NCBI GenBank assembly: GCA_049115575.1
Contig: JAGDZU010000001.1
Span: 30,851 to 94,850 of the forward strand
Direction: 5' to 3'
Length of the DNA stretch: 64,000 nt
Source: Bacteroidia bacterium
GTDB lineage: Bacteria; Bacteroidota; Bacteroidia; NS11-12g; UBA9320
Shown: positions 1 through 9,839 of the stretch, one piece after another
Layout of the letters: each line of letters begins with the position of its first letter
Numbering within the stretch: position 1 is the stretch's first letter
Translations under genes and position numbers: made by a program
Notes under the pieces: generated by a model
Told to the model about the DNA's origin: nothing
Seen by the model: only the letters and a program-made list of their open reading frames with translations
Database searches by the model: none

Positions 1-1639
1 TAATGAGCCAGTGCGGGATTTAATGGTTTCAGTTCCTTTTAAATTGGATGGAATTGATACAAGCCTTTTTTGTGAATTATTGAAAATAGAGAGAGAGGAG
101 TTTGACCAGAGGTTAGAAAAGGCAGCAAGCCGGGCATATCAAAGGAAGGCGGTGTTTATGAAAAATGTAAACAATACCGTATATGCAAGAGTGCATGAAA
201 GACTATTCGATTTTAAAGGATTCTTCTTTGAGATTAGGCAAGACAGAAATTATAAATATGTGAGCTCTGCGCATGTACTTGGATTCTTAGGAGAAGTCAG
301 CCAACAAGAACTAGATGTGCAGGAAGAAAGCTATTATGAGCAGGGTGACTTCCTAGGCAAAAAGGGAGTTGAGAAGTTCTATGAAAAGTACCTCAGAGGA
401 ATTAAGGGTGAGAAATATTACTATGTAGATATTCATGGAGTGAACAAAGGGACTTACAAAGAAGGTGAGTTTGATGTAGACCCAATTGACGGCCAAGATT
501 TGACACTCAGCATTGATATTAATCTACAGGAATACGGAGAGTACTTACTCCAAAATAAGATGGGAAGCATGGTGGCTATCGAGCCTAAAACAGGAGAAAT
601 ACTGGCACTAATCTCAAGTCCATTCTATAATCCAAAGGATTTTAATATTCAGAACAGAGGTGAGCATTATGCAGATGCAGCTCAAGACAAAACTAAACCT
701 CTATTTAATAGAGCCGTGTCCGCTCCTTATCCTCCTGGTTCAACTTTTAAACCTTTGATGGCCTTAGTTGGTTTGCAAGATGGAGCTATTAATAAACATA
801 CCCATTTCAATTGTAATGGAGGTTATAGATTGGGTTCCAGATTAATCCATTGTCATGCTCATGCTTCTTCAACAAGCGTACAAAGGTCTATAGCTACCTC
901 ATGCAATACTTTCTACTGCCATACATTCAAACGAATGATGCAAGACAAAAAATACGCCAGTACCGAAGAGGCATATAACAGCTGGTATGCGTATTTGCAC
1001 AGCTTTGGCTTGGGACACAAGCTTGGAATAGATGTATCAGGAGAATTTGGAGGATGGTTAAAACCAGCAGATTATTACAATCGGATCTATGGAAAAGGTC
1101 ATTGGAAGTATGCAACTATAATCTCATTGTCTTTTGGTCAAGGGGAACTTGGCTTAACCCCTATGCAGATGGCAAATGTGGTAGCTAGCATAGCTAATGA
1201 TGGGTTTTACTATACTCCGCATGTTATTAAAAGCATTGCAGGCATAGATACAATTCCTTCAAGATTTAGCACACCTAATTACACTAAAATAGATCCTATG
1301 CATTTTAAAACAGTGAAAGAAGGCATGCATATGGTGACGTTGAGCGGAACAGGATCCGCGGTGGCCATAGAAGGGATTGAGATTGGAGGAAAGACAGGAA
1401 CAGTTCAGAATCCACATGGGAAGAACCATTCGGCTTATGTTGCATTTGCGCCTGTAGATGATCCACAAATAGCAATAGCCGTGGTTGTTGAAGAATCTGG
1501 TTATGGAGCAACTTGGGCAGCACCCATGGCTCATTTAATGATAGAGAAGTATTTGTTGCCAGACAGTGCTACAACCCTCCCATGGGTAGTAGAGAGATTG
1601 GTTGAAAGTGATTTAATTCCAGCCAAGTATAAGAACTAA
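1..1639 (+). CDS. mrdA: Penicillin-binding protein 2 (peptidoglycan D,D-transpeptidase), 5'-truncated at the window edge
   Basis: The reading frame is open to position 2, so the gene starts upstream of the window. Transpeptidase motifs are present: PGSTFKP (active-site SxxK), SCN (SxN) and GGKTGT (KTG). rodA follows immediately. Confidence 0.85.
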   Translation, partial: NEPVRDLMVSVPFKLDGIDTSLFCELLKIEREEFDQRLEKAASRAYQRKAVFMKNVNNTVYARVHERLFDFKGFFFEIRQDRNYKYVSSAHVLGFLGEVSQQELDVQEESYYEQGDFLGKKGVEKFYEKYLRGIKGEKYYYVDIHGVNKGTYKEGEFDVDPIDGQDLTLSIDINLQEYGEYLLQNKMGSMVAIEPKTGEILALISSPFYNPKDFNIQNRGEHYADAAQDKTKPLFNRAVSAPYPPGSTFKPLMALVGLQDGAINKHTHFNCNGGYRLGSRLIHCHAHASSTSVQRSIATSCNTFYCHTFKRMMQDKKYASTEEAYNSWYAYLHSFGLGHKLGIDVSGEFGGWLKPADYYNRIYGKGHWKYATIISLSFGQGELGLTPMQMANVVASIANDGFYYTPHVIKSIAGIDTIPSRFSTPNYTKIDPMHFKTVKEGMHMVTLSGTGSAVAIEGIEIGGKTGTVQNPHGKNHSAYVAFAPVDDPQIAIAVVVEESGYGATWAAPMAHLMIEKYLLPDSATTLPWVVERLVESDLIPAKYKN

Positions 1640-2895
1640 TGGAATCCAAAACTAACATAGATTGGATGGGCTTATTGCTGTATATGCTAATTGCAGCCAT
1701 AGGTATTGCAAGTGTGTATTCAGCTACTTCTGAACAAGGTGCATTCACCTTGCTGGAAGGTAGAAGTGGAAAGCAAATGATGTGGTTTGGAGTCTCTGCA
1801 TTTTTGGCATTAGTTATCTTTTTATTAAATGCTAATTTCTTTGAGGTGTTTTCATGGTATTTCTATCTAAGTCTTATGCTATTATTAGTAGCAGTTCTTT
1901 TATTTGGGGCAGAGATTGCGGGTTCTAAATCATGGCTAAAGATTGGTTCTTTTAGCATACAACCGGCAGAGTTTGCAAAGTATGGAACTTGTTTTGCCTT
2001 ATCGGCGTTCTTAAGCGGGATTGATGTTTCACTTTCTAAAAGAAAGCATCTGATAATAGCAGGAGCTATTATAGCATTACCTGCAATATTAATCATACTG
2101 CAAGGTGATGCCGGTTCAGCTTTGGTTTTCTCCAGCTTTCTATTAGTCATGTATAGAGAAGGTTTGACTCCTGTTTATCTCATTATTGGTATAGTAGCCA
2201 TAATCATTTTTGTCTTGACAATGGTTCTTGGAATTCTATGGTTGTCTATTGGCTTGATAGTGATGCTCGCTGTATTTCTGGCCTTCACTTTTACCAATCG
2301 AAAAACCATTTTGCCAGCTATTATTATAACTGCTATCTGTGTAGCTTTTAGTTTTAGTGTTGAATTCCTTTTTAACGATGTTCTGCAAGAACACCAGCAA
2401 AAAAGAATACTTGTAACCCTTAATTTACTGGAAGATCCTCAGGGTGCTGGCTATAATGTGAACCAATCAAAAATAGCCATAGGTTCAGGGGGATTGAGTG
2501 GAAAAGGTTTTTTAAATGGATCCCATACCAAAGGTGATTTCATTCCAGAACAAACCACAGATTTCATCTTTTGCACTATAGGAGAAGAAGGTGGCTGGGT
2601 TTGGAGTTCGGCCACCATACTTTTATTTACATTGCTAATACTGCGATTCTATTGGCTCGCACAAAGAGCGAAGAAAAAGTATAAAAGGGTGTTTATTTTT
2701 AGTGTGGCATCAATTCTGTTCTTCCATCTCACCATTAATGTTGGAATGACTATTGGTCTAATGCCAGTAATTGGAATTCCGCTTCCTTTAATCAGTTATG
2801 GAGGATCTTCATTTTTAGCCTTTAGTCTGCTTATCTTCACAGCATTAAAATTTGACGCAAGTAGGGGCGAAGACCTACAATCTGTATTTTCATAA
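1639..2895 (+). CDS. rodA: Rod shape-determining protein RodA (FtsW/RodA/SpoVE family peptidoglycan glycosyltransferase)
   Basis: A 418-aa polytopic membrane protein with the FtsW/RodA family appearance. Its start overlaps the mrdA stop (ATGA), the classic mrdA-rodA arrangement. Confidence 0.85.
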   Translation: MESKTNIDWMGLLLYMLIAAIGIASVYSATSEQGAFTLLEGRSGKQMMWFGVSAFLALVIFLLNANFFEVFSWYFYLSLMLLLVAVLLFGAEIAGSKSWLKIGSFSIQPAEFAKYGTCFALSAFLSGIDVSLSKRKHLIIAGAIIALPAILIILQGDAGSALVFSSFLLVMYREGLTPVYLIIGIVAIIIFVLTMVLGILWLSIGLIVMLAVFLAFTFTNRKTILPAIIITAICVAFSFSVEFLFNDVLQEHQQKRILVTLNLLEDPQGAGYNVNQSKIAIGSGGLSGKGFLNGSHTKGDFIPEQTTDFIFCTIGEEGGWVWSSATILLFTLLILRFYWLAQRAKKKYKRVFIFSVASILFFHLTINVGMTIGLMPVIGIPLPLISYGGSSFLAFSLLIFTALKFDASRGEDLQSVFS

Positions 2896-2898
2896 AAA

Positions 2899-3537
2899 AT
2901 GATACGAGTTCATCAACTAACATTCAATCCATTTGCAGAAAACACTTATCTGCTAGAGAAGGATTCACAAGTGATAGTTATAGATCCAGGGATGTATACC
3001 CCAGAAGAGAACGTCCAATTCAAAAAGTACATTGACGGCCAAAATCTGGAGGTGGTACATCTACTACTAACCCATGCTCATTTAGATCATGTTTTTGGAG
3101 TTAAGTGGGTGAACGAATGTTATGAACTTACACCTCGTCTGCATAAAGAAGATGATTTCATTTATGAGAATGCTCAGGCTACTGCAAATCAGTACGGTTT
3201 GTTTATGGAAGCTTTGCCGCAAGCTGAGTACGATTTGCACGAAGGAGATACATTTGACTTTCATGGTAGTGATCTCCAAATAATCCACACTCCTGGTCAT
3301 TCTCCAGGCAGCCTGTGTTTTATTTCTCATGAAGATAAGTTTGTTATTGGCGGAGACGTGCTTTTTCAAGGTAGTATTGGAAGAACAGATCTTCCAGGTG
3401 GAAACTATCAAACCCTAATAGATGCGATAAAAACGAAACTAATGCCTCTGTCAGATGATTATAGGGTTTACAGCGGGCATGGTCCAATGACTACCATTGG
3501 ACAAGAACGAATCTCTAATCCTTTTTTACAGGACTAA
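2899..3537 (+). CDS. MBL-fold metallo-hydrolase (glyoxalase II-like)
   Basis: HxHxDH metal-binding motif (THAHLDHVFG) and downstream conserved His/Asp residues; 212 aa. Confidence 0.7.
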   Translation: MIRVHQLTFNPFAENTYLLEKDSQVIVIDPGMYTPEENVQFKKYIDGQNLEVVHLLLTHAHLDHVFGVKWVNECYELTPRLHKEDDFIYENAQATANQYGLFMEALPQAEYDLHEGDTFDFHGSDLQIIHTPGHSPGSLCFISHEDKFVIGGDVLFQGSIGRTDLPGGNYQTLIDAIKTKLMPLSDDYRVYSGHGPMTTIGQERISNPFLQD

Positions 3538-3543
3538 ACTTTC

Positions 3544-4785
3544 TTAATTATTTTGATTACTGAATGCGTCTATATCGAACAGCAGAGAGAAACGTATGGT
3601 GTTCTGCAATGGATGCCTTCTTGTGAAAGGTTGCAGATAAGCTGCATCAATCTGGAAAACTTCAAACTTGAGCCCCGCACCAAATGTGACATATTCTCTT
3701 GCACCTTTAGTTTCAGCTTCATGGAAATATCCAGCTCTGAGAGCAAATTGCTTGTCGTACCAATATTCAGCACCAACCGAAATGGTGAACTCGTTAAGTT
3801 CTTCTTGAAATCCTCCAGGAGCATCACCCCATGAGCTAAGCATTCCCTTAATAGTAGGATCTGTACTCAACACACGTCCAGTGATAGTTTTAGTTACCGA
3901 GCCATCTCCAGCTGTATCATATGAGTAAATGTACTCTGGTGTAGGAACCATCAATTTGTTGAACTCTATTCCAAAACCAATCTCGTTGTGCTCATCAATT
4001 TCTGTATTCCAGAATGTTCCTATTCTAAAGTTAACAGGTATGAAATCTCTTTCTGCATTATTGGTATAAGATATCTTATTACCCATATTGCTCAAGTTTA
4101 CTCCAATATTATAATCGAATTTTCTTCCACCAATTTCTGCATCATTGGTATAAAAAGCTCCTAAATCTCCTGCTCCAGCAATACCTGCCTTTATTTCAGC
4201 TCCTGAAACACCCACTTGACCTCTAGCCAAGTCAGAGAAAATAAACCTCAGTGCTACCCCTAGAGATAAATGATCAGATAGTTGTGTAGAGTAGGAACCA
4301 TCTACAGCGAATTCTTTGGGCTCATAATTACCTAATGGATTACCTTGTTCATCGGTGAACTGTATGTCACCTAAGGTGAAGTATCTCAATGAACCTGCAA
4401 TTGCACTTCGTTTATTGTCGCCAATTTTAGCGTATCCGCTTAAATAGTAAAACCACACATCGGGAACCAATGTACGCAACCATGGTGCTGCGGACAATGA
4501 AATACCTGCTTGCTTTTCCATGAATGCCAGTTTAGCTGGATTCCAGTGAATAGAGTTGGCATCTGGTGACGTGGCTACACCTATATCTCCCATTCCCGCA
4601 GCTCTTGAGTCTGGGCTAATGAGTAAAAAAGGAGCTGCGGTAGTAATTACATTCCGCTGTCCTAAAAGATCTTGATTGGTGTTAATGGAGTTTTGTGCAA
4701 AGCTTAAATGGTTCATTAACAGTGCACTTACAATAACAAATATTAGCTTTTTCAATTCTCGGTTCTTTGGTGACAAAAGTATCAT
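3544..4785 (-). CDS. porV: T9SS outer-membrane shuttle protein PorV (LptO), FadL-like beta-barrel
   Basis: Signal peptide and a roughly 400-aa outer-membrane beta-barrel lying immediately downstream of porU (13-nt gap). The ending F-x-F is typical of an OMP. The N-terminal region resembles the PorV family. Confidence 0.7.
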   Translation of the reverse strand: MILLSPKNRELKKLIFVIVSALLMNHLSFAQNSINTNQDLLGQRNVITTAAPFLLISPDSRAAGMGDIGVATSPDANSIHWNPAKLAFMEKQAGISLSAAPWLRTLVPDVWFYYLSGYAKIGDNKRSAIAGSLRYFTLGDIQFTDEQGNPLGNYEPKEFAVDGSYSTQLSDHLSLGVALRFIFSDLARGQVGVSGAEIKAGIAGAGDLGAFYTNDAEIGGRKFDYNIGVNLSNMGNKISYTNNAERDFIPVNFRIGTFWNTEIDEHNEIGFGIEFNKLMVPTPEYIYSYDTAGDGSVTKTITGRVLSTDPTIKGMLSSWGDAPGGFQEELNEFTISVGAEYWYDKQFALRAGYFHEAETKGAREYVTFGAGLKFEVFQIDAAYLQPFTRRHPLQNTIRFSLLFDIDAFSNQNN

Positions 4786-4798
4786 TTTTTATGATAGT

Positions 4799-7700
4799 CT
4801 ATTTGATGATATAGAGTTTCTGTGTTTGCTTTTCTGTACTACCATCTTCAGCTCTAACTTGGAGTTGATAGAGGTAAACACCTCTTCCAATAGGGTCTCC
4901 AAACTGATCTCTACCATCCCAACTGATGTCAGTAGAATGAGCCTCTGCATTTGTTACAGAAGTTGAAATTTGTTGAATTACTTCTCCGGTTATACTTAAG
5001 ATAGTTAGATGTAAATCGAGATTCTGTCCAGATTTATTGTGGTCGAAGTGAAATGTTGTGAATTCATTGAATGGATTGGGGTAGTTCAATAAATGTTCAA
5101 TTTGAATTCCTTCTCCTTCACCTACTACAAATTCTGTATAGCCTTCAGAAGAGTTATTATAAACATCCCATACTTTCACTCTTATGGTATGTCTACCAGG
5201 TGAAAGTTCGCTAAAGTTGTAATTAATCGTTCCTGATTGATAAGAATTCAACTCTGGTTGGAAGAAATCATTGAGCACAATTAATTGCTCATTCTCCGTT
5301 CCCTCATCAAGTATTCCTTCCATTTCACGTCCTATTCCAGAACCCACAGTATTAATTCCGTTTTCATCGTAAAGATCTACCAATAGAAGTGGAGTATTTG
5401 AGGTCATGCCACCAAATATCCAGCTACGGTCATCTATATAGAGTTCTAAAGAATCAAACTGTTGATCGTTTTTTAAACTATCAGATGTACCACCTATGAT
5501 AAGATCCGTATCGAACCCACCTGCGTGATCAACGCCGTCGTCTGCATAAAAGGATAATTTGCCTTCGCCAAACTGATATGCAATGTCTTTGGGTACCACA
5601 AAGCTGAAGCTAAATAAACCATTACTTACAGTTATTTTTCCTTTGTAAATAATACTCACTTGAGCATCAAAATCAGCCACATAGCTTTTTGGATCGTTAC
5701 CTCTAGTTTGAAAAGTAGCAGGTTTGTCATAGATGGTGGGGTAGAGTATACCATTGAATCCGTTCATTAGATTATCATCATAATCTCTTATTTCACCTTG
5801 TATTGTCACCTTGGATAATGCTGTTATGGTATCGGTGAAAGTGCTAAAGTTTTGGCCATTTATTTGAGTAGGAACCACCTTGTGAGGCGGGGTGAGCAGT
5901 CCCATAGCTGGGTCTGCGAATAACATGAAGCTTCTCTTGTTTATAACCTGCCCAGTATTGGCTCTGTTTCTTGTGTCTTTGTATACATCTCCCAAAGGTT
6001 TGGATTGGTTGTCAATAATATTGAAGATGTTATTGTTCATAATATCCTCATTTAAATCGCAGTTGGCTCCTATATATACAACCCTAGTGGTAGCTACCAT
6101 TCCAATTGCTCCACCATTGGGATTGAATAACATGAGTTCCCCAGGGGATTTAACGGCTGGATTGTCCACAGCTGCTAATTCACAACTAGCAGTGATATAG
6201 AAAGACAGTTGGTCTTCATTGGTCCATTCTGTGATTTGAGGCCTGGTAACAACTCTTTCATGAGACATTCCATTTGTGCCACCGTGTCCTACATAATTGA
6301 AAACCAAAGTTCCTTGGTTAATGGCCTGGTCTACCGCCGTATTTACATTTGGATATTTATTACCACTTCCAAAAGACACCTGCTCAAAGGCATCCATCCA
6401 AATTTTGTTAATGTTATACCTCGGATTCTGATTACCTATGGTATTGGTCAATTGTTCCGAGCATAAGAAATGAATGTTGTTATCTTCATCATCTCCTAAG
6501 AAACTGAGCTTGTTCACCCAATTGCCAAAACTTCCTTGGTGGTAATGAATAATCTTGTCTACTATAAGTTTAGCCTCAGATGTTGATGATACGGGTAGTC
6601 TTCCTACCCCTATATCTAAGCCTTCAAATCGAGGAGCCAGTCCCCAATATCCTTCGTCATCATCTAGTATAGCGTAGTAGTCATCTGAGCAATGCGAGGC
6701 AGCCGGAACATAAGAATTGAAACTCTGATAGATGGGAACATAATTGGTATTGTTCTCTATTCTATTTTTAGGATCGTAGCTAGCGTCTCCAAAGAGTAAG
6801 AGGTATTTAAGTGGGACACCACTCATGCCGCGGTCATAAATGAGTTTGGTGAAGTCTCTTATTGCTGTAACGTCTTGGGAGCCAGAAGAAAACTCATTGT
6901 ATACATCAAATATATTCACAACTTCAACCACCAAACCAGAATATGTTCTGTGGAACTGTGCCAATCGTTCAGCATCATCCTTGAAATTGGGATGAGTGAT
7001 TATGATATATTCCACATCGCTCAAGCCGTGTAGATTTTGAGCTTCCACTTCTTCTACAAATTGGGGACTAAAACTCTTATTTGGATCGAACAAATGAAAA
7101 TTGAGCAGCTCTTGGTCCGTGCTGTTCACAACGAATGATTCGGGACTTCCATCTGTAAAAGTTTCCTGTAGTACTGGTCTGGTTGGATTGCTTACATCCC
7201 AAACCATATGTGATCCTAAATTTTTTATGGAGTATTTAACATTTCCTGTAAACAGGCCATCCGTTGATCTCATGGACTGTTGATCGCCGAAGACTTCTAG
7301 GTTCCTCCACGCTGTAATGTTGAAATAGTCTATCCAAGCTTTAGAGTCATTCAATGGCTTGTTAGAATAATCGAATTTCACACTGAGGGTTGGGGAACTT
7401 ACATTGGCATTGATAATGCTGGTTTTACTTCCCGCTGTGTAGTTGGCGTCGAATTCACCGGATACTTGGCCATGCACAGAATTTGCTTGAACGCCGTTTA
7501 CAGTGATGGCAATTACACTAGTTGCTAGGGACCTTGCAGAAGTGACAGATTTGAATTTGAGATTTTCAGAAGTGACTAATCCAGGGACATTATATGAAAA
7601 ATTCTTAATTGTTTGACTACCAGACATTTCATTGCCCCACCACACTCTTCCTGAATGTATGTGATTGATATCATCCTCTTCATGATGAAAGAAGTAGTTG

Positions 7701-8635
7701 TAGCGGTCTACTGTTATATCTGGAACTGTAGCTTGGTTTGCGCTCCTGCTGCTAATGTTTAAGGTATTCTCATTTCCCCATTGTATGAAATAATATGCTT
7801 TGTCCTCGTAATCATTCTTGCTGTAATTGAAATCACCAGAGGTGGTATTATAGTTCAATGCATGAGGACCTTGAGCATACCATAGTACATAATCGTCATT
7901 ATCTAAGATGTCATTTGAGTTTTGATCTACTATATAAAGAGCATTTTGAACCAAATCTTCTGCTCTTGGATCGGCTATTACCTCAGGTAACATAACGCCT
8001 CCATTGCCATAAATATTAAATGTTGAGAGCCTTAGATCTGTGATGTTAATACTATTAATACTGAAGAAATCTTTATCTATTCGGTAGACACCTGATTGAG
8101 TTACACTTATCTTGTACGTATTGCCAGCATCTAGGATGGAGGTATAGGTCTGGTCCTTTTTGTTCTTATAACCTGTTTGAGTTCTAGGTTTGAATTCTAT
8201 CAGTATTTCGAATTGATCTAAAACCTGAACTTCACCATTTAATTTTCGCAATGGTTTAACGTTTATAATTCCTCGTCTTTTTCGTTCTATGGTGAGCTCG
8301 TGAAATTCAATCTCATATTCAGTATTTAGTATGGAACTCAATTCAATCGAATTGAAACTCTGCGTTCCTTTGGGTATGATTCTTACCGACTTTATGGATT
8401 GCGTACCCAATTCAACTTGAGTGCTATAGATAGGGATGTAAAATCCGTTTTGAATGGATTCTTGACAAGTTGAACACCAAATTGGCCTCTCAAAATGCAG
8501 ATAACCAGTCTCTTCTATGGAATTTTCCCCATATTCACTCCAATCTAGCTGAACCGCAAGTTTTTGTGTGTTTTGAGCGAAAATATTCCCCTGAATCAGG
8601 GTTAAAAGAAGTACTAAATAGCTTTTATATGGCAT
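4799..8635 (-). CDS. porU: T9SS C-terminal signal peptidase/sortase PorU (C25 gingipain-like cysteine peptidase)
   Basis: 1278 aa with a signal peptide and a C25-like catalytic region (YVGHGG ... ITASCELA with catalytic Cys). The size matches PorU (about 1280 aa) and it is in an operon with porV. Confidence 0.75.
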   Translation of the reverse strand: MPYKSYLVLLLTLIQGNIFAQNTQKLAVQLDWSEYGENSIEETGYLHFERPIWCSTCQESIQNGFYIPIYSTQVELGTQSIKSVRIIPKGTQSFNSIELSSILNTEYEIEFHELTIERKRRGIINVKPLRKLNGEVQVLDQFEILIEFKPRTQTGYKNKKDQTYTSILDAGNTYKISVTQSGVYRIDKDFFSINSINITDLRLSTFNIYGNGGVMLPEVIADPRAEDLVQNALYIVDQNSNDILDNDDYVLWYAQGPHALNYNTTSGDFNYSKNDYEDKAYYFIQWGNENTLNISSRSANQATVPDITVDRYNYFFHHEEDDINHIHSGRVWWGNEMSGSQTIKNFSYNVPGLVTSENLKFKSVTSARSLATSVIAITVNGVQANSVHGQVSGEFDANYTAGSKTSIINANVSSPTLSVKFDYSNKPLNDSKAWIDYFNITAWRNLEVFGDQQSMRSTDGLFTGNVKYSIKNLGSHMVWDVSNPTRPVLQETFTDGSPESFVVNSTDQELLNFHLFDPNKSFSPQFVEEVEAQNLHGLSDVEYIIITHPNFKDDAERLAQFHRTYSGLVVEVVNIFDVYNEFSSGSQDVTAIRDFTKLIYDRGMSGVPLKYLLLFGDASYDPKNRIENNTNYVPIYQSFNSYVPAASHCSDDYYAILDDDEGYWGLAPRFEGLDIGVGRLPVSSTSEAKLIVDKIIHYHQGSFGNWVNKLSFLGDDEDNNIHFLCSEQLTNTIGNQNPRYNINKIWMDAFEQVSFGSGNKYPNVNTAVDQAINQGTLVFNYVGHGGTNGMSHERVVTRPQITEWTNEDQLSFYITASCELAAVDNPAVKSPGELMLFNPNGGAIGMVATTRVVYIGANCDLNEDIMNNNIFNIIDNQSKPLGDVYKDTRNRANTGQVINKRSFMLFADPAMGLLTPPHKVVPTQINGQNFSTFTDTITALSKVTIQGEIRDYDDNLMNGFNGILYPTIYDKPATFQTRGNDPKSYVADFDAQVSIIYKGKITVSNGLFSFSFVVPKDIAYQFGEGKLSFYADDGVDHAGGFDTDLIIGGTSDSLKNDQQFDSLELYIDDRSWIFGGMTSNTPLLLVDLYDENGINTVGSGIGREMEGILDEGTENEQLIVLNDFFQPELNSYQSGTINYNFSELSPGRHTIRVKVWDVYNNSSEGYTEFVVGEGEGIQIEHLLNYPNPFNEFTTFHFDHNKSGQNLDLHLTILSITGEVIQQISTSVTNAEAHSTDISWDGRDQFGDPIGRGVYLYQLQVRAEDGSTEKQTQKLYIIK

Positions 8636-8658
8636 TCGGCATTACTTAACTGCAAATA

Positions 8659-8670
8659 CAACAATTGTTG
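8659..8670. promoter_or_regulatory. Perfect 12-bp palindrome CAACAATTGTTG in the porU / PorP-SprF divergent promoter region
   Basis: Read directly. It shares the core AACAATTGTT with a second palindrome at 53290-53303. Confidence 0.3.
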
Positions 8671-8743
8671 TGTCAATTTTATTGCTTTGGGCTAAAAGAT
8701 GAAACAATAATTACTAAAAATTAACGTATCTTTACAATAATCC

Positions 8744-8751
8744 TATTTTTG
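8744..8751 (+). promoter_or_regulatory. Bacteroidetes -7 promoter element (TATTTTTG) upstream of the PorP/SprF-family gene
   Basis: TAnnTTTG consensus 20 nt before the ATG. Confidence 0.35.
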
Positions 8752-8771
8752 TGAATTAAATTTTTTGAAGA

Positions 8772-9767
8772 ATGAGAATTAAGCTTAAAGCAATATCTTT
8801 TGTTGTAATCGCACTGCTTGGAGTAAGTGAGTTGAAGGCACAAGATCCTGAGTTTACGCAGTTTTTTGCTATACCGTTGTACACTAACCCTGCATTTGCG
8901 GGTACTGGTGCTTGTGATGGTGGAGGAAGAGCTGTTGTCAACTATCGCCAGCAATGGCCTAGTCTTCCAGGTACTTTTGTTACCACGGCAGCTAGCTACG
9001 ATCAGCATTTTGACAAAATTGGCGGTGGTATTGGTTTGGTATTTTTAGATGATAGAGCCGGTGAAGGACTTTTAACTTCAACTAGCATTTCAGCTATCTA
9101 CTCTTACCAATGGAGAGTTACTAAGAATTTTGCAATGCGCTTTGGAATTGAAGGCTCATACGGGCAGAGAAGCATTGACTGGTCTAGGTTGAGGTTTGAA
9201 GATCAGATTGATCCGACTTCAGGTTTCACTCAACAAACTGGTGAAACTTGGGAAACAGACCAGGTGAGTTTTGCGAATTTCTCAGCAGGGATGTTGGCAT
9301 ATACTTCTAATTTCTATGGGGGTGTAGCGGTTCACAATATTATTGAGCCAAATCAATCATTTTATGGAAATAAAGAGGCAACCATACCTATGAGATTTAC
9401 TGGGCATGGTGGGATTGTTGTGCCACTAGACGGAAAAAGGATTCCGGAAAGCACTATATCTCCAAATGTGCTCTTTATGATGCAAAACAAATTCACTCAA
9501 ATGAATATTGGATTCTACATGAACAAAGGACCTTTGGTTACTGGATTGTGGTTTAGACAAACGTTTGGGGAGTATGGAAACTCTGACGCTTTAATAGCTT
9601 TGGTAGGTTTCAGAAAAGATAAATTCAAATTTGGTTATAGTTACGATTTAACTGTTTCGGGGGCTAAATCAGCTGCTCCAGGGTCTCATGAAGTCTCTGC
9701 GGGCATTGAGTGGTGCGCAAGGAAAAGACCCATGAGGTACCGTAAACTCAGCTGTCCAGATTTTTAA
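8772..9767 (+). CDS. PorP/SprF family T9SS membrane protein
   Basis: The signal peptide is followed by the family-signature start QDPEFTQFFAIPLYTNPAFAG (compare DPxFSQY..NPL.LNPAxAG). 331 aa, the typical size. Confidence 0.7.
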   Translation: MRIKLKAISFVVIALLGVSELKAQDPEFTQFFAIPLYTNPAFAGTGACDGGGRAVVNYRQQWPSLPGTFVTTAASYDQHFDKIGGGIGLVFLDDRAGEGLLTSTSISAIYSYQWRVTKNFAMRFGIEGSYGQRSIDWSRLRFEDQIDPTSGFTQQTGETWETDQVSFANFSAGMLAYTSNFYGGVAVHNIIEPNQSFYGNKEATIPMRFTGHGGIVVPLDGKRIPESTISPNVLFMMQNKFTQMNIGFYMNKGPLVTGLWFRQTFGEYGNSDALIALVGFRKDKFKFGYSYDLTVSGAKSAAPGSHEVSAGIEWCARKRPMRYRKLSCPDF

Positions 9768-9839
9768 ATGCCCTGCTTTTTCACTATTATTGCACAATAT
9801 AAAAGATAAAATAAAGTTATATCAATTAGCTTAGAAATT

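Noticed and set aside
8721-9048. Short ORFs on both strands (95, 61 and 60 aa) overlapping the PorP/SprF gene start
   Set aside because: They are nested in or antisense to a gene with a clear family signature, with no supporting features.
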